A stretch of 64,000 bases of DNA. It comes from Acidocella sp. GTDB lineage: Bacteria > Pseudomonadota > Alphaproteobacteria > Acetobacterales > Acetobacteraceae. Below, in pieces: positions 49,313 through 57,016 of this stretch. Within the stretch, counting starts at the first letter, position 1; every line of letters begins with the position of its first letter. Below the pieces are notes generated by a model, which saw only the letters and a list, made by a program, of their open reading frames with translations, was not told the origin of the DNA and searched no databases. The position numbers and the translations under genes were made by a program. Where the stretch lies: NCBI GenBank assembly GCA_965198835.1, contig OZ240675.1, positions 534,328-598,327 on the forward strand, given 5' to 3'.

Positions 49313-49489
49313 GCTTGCACAAATCCTGGCTTGCACGCGGTTTTTCTGGCCAGGCGGAATTCAGGCGCCAATCTCATTCTCCCCTTGTCCAAGGTACAGC
49401 AACCGGCGCGCGCATCAAGCGCGCAGCGACGCGCGGACCGGCGCGCGGACTGGCGCGCGGAGCTGTGAACTGCTTGCAAGGCGCTTACG

Positions 49490-50215
49490 TCAAGATGGCG
49501 TTTGCTTGCGGGCGAGTGATACGCTCTCCGGCGGCCCGAGCTGCGGATCGATCAGCCAAGGGTTCTGGATGGTCAGATGCAGATACTCCAGCGTGCGCGC
49601 CACATGCTCCAGCGGCACCGCTGCCTCCGGCTGCGCCAGCCACCAGGCCAGGGTTTCAAAGATCAGGCTGACCGAGCAATTCACCGCCAATTCGACCGGC
49701 AGCCAGTTGGTCTTGGGCGCGCGGTCCACGGCAACTTCGCGGGAGATACGCAACAACTCGCCGCGCATCGCCTCCGCCGCGCCGCCGGTCAGCAACGCCG
49801 CCCAAAGCGTGCGATGCGCCTGGACATATTCACATAACGCCATGAACGCCGTTGGGCTGTCGGTGCGGTCCAGCACCGGGACCGTGAGCGTCACCAGCCG
49901 GTCGATCTGCGCCGCGGCGAGATGATCGAGCAGCGCTTCCTTGGTCGGGTGGTGGCGAAAGAAGGTGGCATAATGCACCCCGGCTTCGGCGGCGATTTCG
50001 CGCACCGTCACCTGCTCCAGCGGCTTGCGCTCGATCAGCGCCAGAAGCGCATTGCCGAGCGCCTGCGCCGAGCGAACCGCGCGCGCATCGCGCAGGCTTG
50101 CCGGGGCCGTGGCTTCGACGCTACGCGACAAGGCATCGCCTAAACTGCCGCTGACGCTCTCAGGCTTTTTCCTCGCCAAACGAAACCCCTTCACTTCGCC
50201 GACCGGTCCTTGCAT
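49490..50215 (-). CDS. TetR/AcrR family transcriptional regulator
   Basis: HTH VTVREIAAEAGVHYATFFRHHPTKEALL. Upstream of and co-oriented with the MFS gene. Confidence 0.8.
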   Translation of the reverse strand: MQGPVGEVKGFRLARKKPESVSGSLGDALSRSVEATAPASLRDARAVRSAQALGNALLALIERKPLEQVTVREIAAEAGVHYATFFRHHPTKEALLDHLAAAQIDRLVTLTVPVLDRTDSPTAFMALCEYVQAHRTLWAALLTGGAAEAMRGELLRISREVAVDRAPKTNWLPVELAVNCSVSLIFETLAWWLAQPEAAVPLEHVARTLEYLHLTIQNPWLIDPQLGPPESVSLARKQTPS

Positions 50216-50478
50216 AGAACGAGATTAAAAGCATTCCCAAACTCATTGTGACGACACGCGCAGGCGAAAGCCGGAGCGTCGGATCCGGCGCCAATCTCAG
50301 CTTGATGGAGGCGATCCGAAATGGCGGATTTGACGAGCTGCTCGCAGTTTGCGGCGGCGTTCGCCCGGGCTTACGATCGCCCCTGAGGATCTGCGCCACG
50401 GGCGCCCGAAACTCCCGGCTGCAGATCCACAAAACTTTGCGCCGCTTCTTTTGAAAAAGCGGCTGCTTCCTCGCCTTG

Positions 50479-50940
50479 CTACAGGCCGCCCATCTGCTTC
50501 CAGCGTTCGTCCGTCATCCAGGTATATTCCAAATAATGGCCAAGGAAGGGCCGGGCATCGAGATAAAGGAAGCGCAGGTGTTCGGTGCCGCCTTCCAGCA
50601 CTACGGGGAAGGGCTGTCTATCGACGCGGGCGCGGAAATCGTCCCAGTCCGGGATGCGCATGCAGATATGGTGGAATTTCAGCGCGTCGCCGGCAGGGAG
50701 CTCGTCGGCGTACAGCTCGACATCGCCGGCGACCGGCTGGATCAGCTCGTATTGCATGTCGCCGACCCATAGAAATGCGAGCTTGCTGGTCTGCGTGACC
50801 GTGCCGTTGACGGTGTTGACGGTGGTCGTGCCTTCGAAAGCAAGGTGGCGGTCTACTTTCGCCTTGGTGCCGAATTCCTTGATCCATTTGTCGATGTCGC
50901 GGGTGACGTAGGCATTCTGGTAGTGGTGGCCCTCAATCAT
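50479..50940 (-). CDS. VOC (glyoxalase/bleomycin resistance/dioxygenase) family protein
   Basis: 153 aa with paired beta-alpha-beta-beta-beta modules and HHICMRIPD. Confidence 0.7.
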   Translation of the reverse strand: MIEGHHYQNAYVTRDIDKWIKEFGTKAKVDRHLAFEGTTTVNTVNGTVTQTSKLAFLWVGDMQYELIQPVAGDVELYADELPAGDALKFHHICMRIPDWDDFRARVDRQPFPVVLEGGTEHLRFLYLDARPFLGHYLEYTWMTDERWKQMGGL

Positions 50941-50966
50941 GCTGTTTCCTCTGCTTATCTTTTAAG

Positions 50967-51764
50967 TCAGGTCGAGCGGATGATGCAGCCGCCATCGAGG
51001 ATGAGAATGTCGCCGCTGTGGAAAGACGACGCATCCGAGGCGAGATAGGCTGCGGGACCTTCGATATCGGTGATCTGGCCGACCCGGCCGAGCGGAGTCT
51101 GGCTCGCGAAATGCTCGATCACGCCGGCCATCTGCGCTTCCGGCGAGCCTTCCGAGAAGCCGCTGATGACGAAGCCCGGCGCGATCATGTTGGCGCGCAC
51201 GCCGTAAGGGCCCATCTCCACGGCGATGCTCTTGATCATGGCGGCGAGCGCGCCCTTGGCGGCGGCGTAGTGCTCCATGCCGACAATGCCGTGGAAGATG
51301 GAGAGGCTGCCGCAGGCGACGATCGAGCCGCCGGGATCGCCGGCCTTGGCGCGCTCCGTCATGTGCCGGCAGGCGGCGCGCAGGGTGAAGAAGGCGCCGT
51401 GCTGGTTGACGTTGATCAGCTCCATATAGGTTTGCGTGGTCATCTCTGCCAGCGAGGGCGCACGCGAGGTGAAGCCGGCATTGGCGAAGACGCAATCGAC
51501 CCGGCCCATGACCGCGAGCGTGGAGGCGAAGGCGGCGTCCACCGCGGTCTCGTCGGAGACGTCTACCTCCTCGGCGTGTATCCGGCCGGCGCCTAAAGCC
51601 TTGAGGGTTTCGAGGGCCTTGGCGTTGCGGTCGGCGCGCCGGCCCCAGACGACGACGTCCGCGCCCTGCTTGGCGCAGCCCTGCAGGAAGCCGAGCCCGA
51701 TGCCGCTATTGGCGCCGGTGGCCAGAACCACCTTGCCCGTAAGATCGAATAAACCGCGCGCCAT
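50967..51764 (-). CDS. SDR family oxidoreductase
   Basis: VVLATGANSGIGLG, NAGF, YAAAKGA. Confidence 0.85.
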   Translation of the reverse strand: MARGLFDLTGKVVLATGANSGIGLGFLQGCAKQGADVVVWGRRADRNAKALETLKALGAGRIHAEEVDVSDETAVDAAFASTLAVMGRVDCVFANAGFTSRAPSLAEMTTQTYMELINVNQHGAFFTLRAACRHMTERAKAGDPGGSIVACGSLSIFHGIVGMEHYAAAKGALAAMIKSIAVEMGPYGVRANMIAPGFVISGFSEGSPEAQMAGVIEHFASQTPLGRVGQITDIEGPAAYLASDASSFHSGDILILDGGCIIRST

Positions 51765-52390
51765 TTAGAATCCTCCCCTGTTCTTACGCCCAACCGGGCG
51801 CCGCAAAGATAGCGCCTAATCCCGGCTAATGGGGTTAAAAGTCAATCGTCGGCGGCCGGGACGGCAAAAGCCCGGCGCCAGTTCATGTCCTGAAAGGCAA
51901 ACATGGCTGGGACAAGCAACGCGGCGGGGCGAATCGGCGTGTATGGCGTATCGCGCTGGGTTTTCCGGTGTCGCACGAAGCGCTTGCAGCCTGGCCCCCC
52001 GGTTATTCGGGCCTATTACAGCAAATCGAAACATCTGCCAAGTTGTAACGAATGGAACCGTCGGGATGACACAGGCTGTCAGCAAGTTACATGTCAACAA
52101 ACCTACCGGCTCAACAAAGCTACCGGCGCAGCCGGCCGGCGATTACCGTGCCGGACCATTTCAGTTCGAGATCGCATCGGGCGCGTTTGTTGCGATAACA
52201 GGACTGGCTGGTAGCGATGACCCTGCTGCCGGCGCTTGCGCGCTTCCTGCTCGCTGCATGACTGTTTGCTACAAGAAAGCCGCATTTTAAAAGAGCGGCG
52301 CAAAAACTTCTGATATTTCGGGCCATGGGCGTTTTGCCGTCAGCGCCCATGACCCGGATTCAGATCGTCTTTTCGCCGCACCGGCGGCGC

Positions 52391-52428
52391 GGTTCTTTTT
52401 CTTCAGGAAAAAAGCGCTTCCTTTCGCC
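52391..52428. repeat. Palindromic intergenic repeat, family B copy
   Basis: ggttctttttcttcaggaaaaaagcgcttcctttcgcc. Compare 63609..63645. Directly downstream of the RR stop. Confidence 0.55.
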
Positions 52429-52430
52429 GC

Positions 52431-52802
52431 TTAAAGCGCCGCGAGTTTGGAAATTAGCGTTGAAAAGTTGAAGGGTTTTTCGCAGCGCGGGTGGCGCTGG
52501 TATTTCTCGTCCAGCACGTTGCCGCCGTAACCCGTGGCGAAGACGAAGCCGATCCGGCGGGCGACAAGGGCGTCGGCGATAGGATAGGATCGCTTGCCGT
52601 GCAGGTTCACGTCCAGCAGTGCGGCATCGAAGGGTTGCGCGCCGCCTTCTATGAAGGCGATGGCCTCGTCCACCGAGCCGATCGGCCCCAGCACGCTCGC
52701 CCCGGCATCCTCCAGCAGATCGACAAGGACCATCGCCACCAGGTAGTCATCCTCGACAACCAGAATGCGCCGCCCCGACAGATTTGTGGTGCGCAAGCTC
52801 AT
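52431..52802 (-). CDS. Single-domain response regulator
   Basis: RILVVEDDYLV, ALLDVNLHG, FATGYG. ATGA overlap with the kinase stop. Confidence 0.85.
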   Translation of the reverse strand: MSLRTTNLSGRRILVVEDDYLVAMVLVDLLEDAGASVLGPIGSVDEAIAFIEGGAQPFDAALLDVNLHGKRSYPIADALVARRIGFVFATGYGGNVLDEKYQRHPRCEKPFNFSTLISKLAAL

Positions 52803-55800
52803 AGTGCTTGCACTGTCTCCTCGCGCTCACGCAATGCTACAAGCTCGCCCGCCGTCTTAGGCAGGGGAAGCTCGATACGGCAGGAGACGCCCTCGTTGCC
52901 GAAGCGCAGACTGGTCTTGGCGCGCAGCGTAAATTCCAGCGCCCGCTCGATCAGGTCGCGACCAAAACCGCGGCGTACGGGTTTGCGCAAATCGTCCACT
53001 CCCTCCTCCACCCAGTCCAGCACAAGGACCCAGTCATCCTCCGCATTGTGCTGGACGCGCCAAGAAATCGTCAGCCGGCCATTATCCTTTTTAAGGGCAC
53101 CATATTTCACCGCATTGGTCGCAAGTTCATGCAAGGCGAGCGCGAATGGCTGGACGAGATCGGAGCCCAACGGGACCGGCGGACCCGAGATCGAGATTTT
53201 GCCATCGGTTGCTCCATGCGCCTGTAGTTCCAGCCGAACCACTTCCTGCAGGTCGATGTGGCCCTCCATCGTGCCGCCGACAAGGTTCTGGACACGGCTC
53301 AAGGCCGCAAGACGTTCGAAGAAACCCTCCAGCGTACCGCCTTTCCCGAGAGTTTGTTGCGCAATCGACTGCACTACCGCGAGCAGGTTGCGGGTGCGGT
53401 GCTGCAGCTCCGCGATTAGAACCTGCTGCCGCTCTTCCGATCGCGCCAGAGTGGTAACGTCGACGAACGTCACGACCACACCTTCGATACCTTGATCCAG
53501 CCTGCGGTAGGGCACGAATCGCACGAGGTAATTGCTCGTGCGATCACTGGCGGCCAAGCGCCGCTCCAGCGAGAAGCCGCCCTCAAAGACTTTGCCGATA
53601 TCGTCGGCAAAGCCGGTAAGATCAAGCTTGCTTGAAAGATCCGTGATCGGCCGGCCGCGATCGGTCGGCAGGATGCTGAATACTTTGACGACCGCCGGCG
53701 TGAAGCTGCGAATGACGAGCTTTGCATCCAGGAAGACGGTTGCGACATCGGTGCTTTCAAACAGATTTTGCAGGTCGCTGTTAACGCGGTCCAACGCCTC
53801 AATCTTGGTCGAAAGCTCGATGTTGACGGTGTGCAGCTCTTCATTGACCGATTGCAGCTCTTCCTTGGAAGCCTCCAGCTCCTCGTTGGTGGACTGCATC
53901 TCCTCGTTGACGGAGACGAGTTCCTCGTTGGAGGATTTCAATTCTTCGAGCGCGGTTTCGTATTCTTCGATGGTTGATTGCAGGCGATCGCGGGTTTCGC
54001 GCAGCTCGCGCTCGGTATCGGCGGCGACGCCGTTCGTGCTGGCTTCTGCGCGGCTCAGCGCCTCTTCGCGGCTGAGTATCGGCCCCTGATCGGCGAACAG
54101 CACCAGGAAGAGCGGCTCGCCAGAAGCGCGGTCGCCCATCGGCTCGATCGTCAGGCTGACCAGCTGCACGCGGCCGTCATCGCCTTCCACCGGAATCGCA
54201 TCGCGGGTGGCGGAAAGGCCGGATTCCACCGCCTCGCGAAACAGCGTCCGCAGATCGAGGCGCAGGCTCTTGCGTGCCATGGTGAGAAACTGCCGGGTCG
54301 GCGCGCCGGGCGGCGGCTCAAGATATTTGCCGGTGCGGGTGGAGTAGTAGACGACGTCGCCATCTTGGTTGATGACGACATGCGGCGGCGAGAAGCGTTC
54401 CAGCACCTGAACATCGACCGCCTGGCGCAAGGCGCTTCCGGCCAGCGGCCCGCGGCGCTGCTGCATTTCCGGCAGCTGGCCGGCGCGCATGCCATGCAGC
54501 ATCAACGGCATACGAAACGCGCCTGACGTATCGGAACGCTTGCGGAAGATCTTATGCCGCTTATCGAGCGGCGTGAACAAATCGTCGAAATGCGAGATGT
54601 TCTCGGCAAGCCCGAGGAAAAGATAACCATCGGGACGCAGCGCGTAGTGAAAGGTGGGGATGACCTGGTTCTGCACATCCGCGCCGAAATAGATCAGCAG
54701 GTTGCGGCAGGAGATCAGGTCGATGCGCGAGAAGGGCGGGTCGCGGATGACGCTGTGCGGCGAGAAGATGCAGAGCTCGCGTACATCTTTTGAGACCACG
54801 TAGCTGGCGCCGTCGGCGATGAAGAAGCGCTGGCGGCGCGCCGGCGAAACCGAATCGAGCAGCGGCCCCGGATAGCGCGCCGCGCGGGCGATGCCGAGCG
54901 AGCGCTCATCGATGTCGGTTGCGAAAATCTGCACGCGGGGAAGGATTTTCAGCCCGTCCATATGCTCGCGCATCAGGATGGCGATGGAGAAAACCTCCTC
55001 GCCGGTGGAACAGCCCGGCACCCAGATGCGCAACGTATCCTCGGCGCCGAGGCCTTCGAACAGCTTCGTGATGACCTCGTTCGCCAGCGTCTCGAACGCA
55101 TCCGCATCGCGGAAGAAATTGGTGACGTTGATCAGCAGGTCGCGAAACAGCGCGCCCACCTCCTGCGGCTCTTGCCGGAGCCGTTCCACATAGGCTTCGA
55201 CCGTGGTGAGTTGGGCGACCTGCATCCGGCGCTGCACCCGGCGCATGAAGGTCTTGGCCTTATAGCCGCTGAAATCATGGCCGATCTGATTGCGCAGGAT
55301 GCTGTAGATTTCCGGCAAAACCAGTTCAAAGCCTGGCTCCTGCGGTTGCTTTTCGGTGCCGTCGTCCATTACATCGAGCAGCGCGACATTACGAGCGAAT
55401 TCGGCGAGCTTAGCGCCCATCTCGTCGGCCGGGATGGCAAAATCCACGAGTCCCGAGGAGATCGCGGCATTCGGCATGTCCGAATGCTGCGGCCCGTACC
55501 CGTCGCTCACCTGCGCCAGCGTTATGCCGCCACGTTCCTTGATCGCCTTGATGCCAAGCGCCCCGTCCGTGTCGCTGCCGGAGAGGATGATGCCGCCTGC
55601 CAGTTCTCCGACATCGACCGCAAGAGCGCTCAGGAAGAAGTCGATCGGCTTGCGTTCCCGCCGGCCGAAATTCTTCTGCAGCTGAAGTTGGCGATTTTCA
55701 ATGCCGATGATCACATCGGACGGCATCACGTAGACCTGGTTAGCCGCCACCTCCATGCCGTCTTTGGCAACATGTACCGGCAGGAGAGTGTAACGCGAAA

Positions 55801-56008
55801 CGATGTCGTGCAGCAGGCTCTCCCGATCGGGGCTCAGATGCGTAACAATGACGAGCGCGATGCCAGGTTCGGATGGCAGGCCGTGCAGCAGGCCCTCCAA
55901 CGCCTCGATTCCGCCGGCTGAAGCGCCGACACCGATTATGGGAAAGTCCGACTCGCGGCTCACGGCCGCGCATTTCCCGAGCGGGGCGGCCAGCCGGTTC
56001 GGGGACAA
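52799..56008 (-). CDS. CheB methylesterase - CheR methyltransferase - PAS - coiled coil - PAS - HWE/HisKA_2 histidine kinase fusion
   Basis: 1069 aa. IIGVGASAGGIEAL (CheB), FFRD...IWVPGCSTGEEVFS (CheR), a heptad-rich EEL(K/Q)S.NEEL segment, and LIAELQHRTRNLL (HWE H-box). TTG start, so the N-terminus is uncertain. Confidence 0.85.
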   Translation of the reverse strand: MSPNRLAAPLGKCAAVSRESDFPIIGVGASAGGIEALEGLLHGLPSEPGIALVIVTHLSPDRESLLHDIVSRYTLLPVHVAKDGMEVAANQVYVMPSDVIIGIENRQLQLQKNFGRRERKPIDFFLSALAVDVGELAGGIILSGSDTDGALGIKAIKERGGITLAQVSDGYGPQHSDMPNAAISSGLVDFAIPADEMGAKLAEFARNVALLDVMDDGTEKQPQEPGFELVLPEIYSILRNQIGHDFSGYKAKTFMRRVQRRMQVAQLTTVEAYVERLRQEPQEVGALFRDLLINVTNFFRDADAFETLANEVITKLFEGLGAEDTLRIWVPGCSTGEEVFSIAILMREHMDGLKILPRVQIFATDIDERSLGIARAARYPGPLLDSVSPARRQRFFIADGASYVVSKDVRELCIFSPHSVIRDPPFSRIDLISCRNLLIYFGADVQNQVIPTFHYALRPDGYLFLGLAENISHFDDLFTPLDKRHKIFRKRSDTSGAFRMPLMLHGMRAGQLPEMQQRRGPLAGSALRQAVDVQVLERFSPPHVVINQDGDVVYYSTRTGKYLEPPPGAPTRQFLTMARKSLRLDLRTLFREAVESGLSATRDAIPVEGDDGRVQLVSLTIEPMGDRASGEPLFLVLFADQGPILSREEALSRAEASTNGVAADTERELRETRDRLQSTIEEYETALEELKSSNEELVSVNEEMQSTNEELEASKEELQSVNEELHTVNIELSTKIEALDRVNSDLQNLFESTDVATVFLDAKLVIRSFTPAVVKVFSILPTDRGRPITDLSSKLDLTGFADDIGKVFEGGFSLERRLAASDRTSNYLVRFVPYRRLDQGIEGVVVTFVDVTTLARSEERQQVLIAELQHRTRNLLAVVQSIAQQTLGKGGTLEGFFERLAALSRVQNLVGGTMEGHIDLQEVVRLELQAHGATDGKISISGPPVPLGSDLVQPFALALHELATNAVKYGALKKDNGRLTISWRVQHNAEDDWVLVLDWVEEGVDDLRKPVRRGFGRDLIERALEFTLRAKTSLRFGNEGVSCRIELPLPKTAGELVALREREETVQAL

Positions 56009-56232
56009 TGCGAAGTGTTCTGCGTGGCTTCACCGCAATGCGCCGGCCCGGGGGAGATTTTAAGCACGATTCTGCTCGGCATCTCTAATTCCCAGGGCGT
56101 TGTTGGCCGATGATCCTCAATCGCGACACGCCGAGGCTATGACATGGGGATACTGCAAGGGCAATTCGCGAAATGTTGCATTAACTTCACCTTGCCTAAA
56201 GGTTCGGTGGGCGCGGCTCCAACCCGTTTGCG

Positions 56233-56244
56233 ATTGTTGACAAT
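56233..56244. promoter_or_regulatory. Palindromic GntR-type box ATTGTTGACAAT
   Basis: ATTGT-N2-ACAAT palindrome fitting the T.GT-N-AC.A GntR/FadR operator pattern, upstream of the GntR gene. Confidence 0.4.
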
Positions 56245-56295
56245 ATGGCAGCAGAAGTATAGGAAATACGCTTCTGATCGGCTCGGTATCCTGAC

Positions 56296-56307
56296 ATTGT
56301 CAACAAT
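56296..56307. promoter_or_regulatory. Second palindromic GntR-type box ATTGTCAACAAT overlapping the GntR start codon
   Basis: Reverse complement of the first box, differing only at the 2-nt centre. Its last two bases are the AT of ATG 56306. Confidence 0.4.
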
Positions 56308-57004
56308 GATAGAAGCGCCTAGATTTCCACCGGAAGCTGCGTTCGCTGGGGAAACGCGCGGCGACCACGTATTGCGGCGGTTGCAATCGGCTATCGTCAA
56401 AGGCGAGATCGCGCCGGGAAGCAAAATCTCCGAACCGGAGCTGGCGCGCGCTTACGGCATCAGCCGCGGGCCGCTACGCGAGGCGCTGCACCGGCTGGAG
56501 GGCCAGAAGCTGCTGGTGCGCATCCCGCATGTCGGCGCCCGCGTCGTGTCCTTGAGCCGGGCGGAGCTGAGCGAGCTCTACCAGATACGGGAGTCGCTGG
56601 AGGGCCTGGCCTGCCGGCTGGCGGCGGAGCGCATGCAGCCGGAGCAGATCGAGGCGCTGCGCGAGGTGCTGCGCGAGCATGAACGCGACGAAGCGTTCCA
56701 GGCTGGGCGCGGATATTATTTGCAGGAAGGCGATTTTGACTTTCACTACCGCATCGTGCAGGCGAGCGAGAACGGCATGCTGATCCGCCTGCTTTGCGAC
56801 GAGCTTTACCAGCTGGCGCGCATGTACCGGGTGCAGCATTCCGGCGGACCGAACCGGCCGGCGCAGGCCTTTGCCGAGCATCACCGGATACTGGATGCCA
56901 TCGCCGAAGGGGATGGGCCGCTGGCGGAAATGCTGATGCACCGGCATATCCGCACATCCCGGCTGAATATCGCCCGGCTGAATATCAAACGACAGATTGC
57001 TTAG
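56306..57004 (+). CDS. GntR-family (FCD domain) transcriptional regulator, likely methylcitrate-pathway regulator
   Basis: PGSKISEPELARAYGISRGPLREALHRLEG followed by an FCD-like helical domain. Immediately upstream of acnD. Confidence 0.8.
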   Translation: MIEAPRFPPEAAFAGETRGDHVLRRLQSAIVKGEIAPGSKISEPELARAYGISRGPLREALHRLEGQKLLVRIPHVGARVVSLSRAELSELYQIRESLEGLACRLAAERMQPEQIEALREVLREHERDEAFQAGRGYYLQEGDFDFHYRIVQASENGMLIRLLCDELYQLARMYRVQHSGGPNRPAQAFAEHHRILDAIAEGDGPLAEMLMHRHIRTSRLNIARLNIKRQIA

Positions 57005-57016
57005 AGGAACCAGCAC

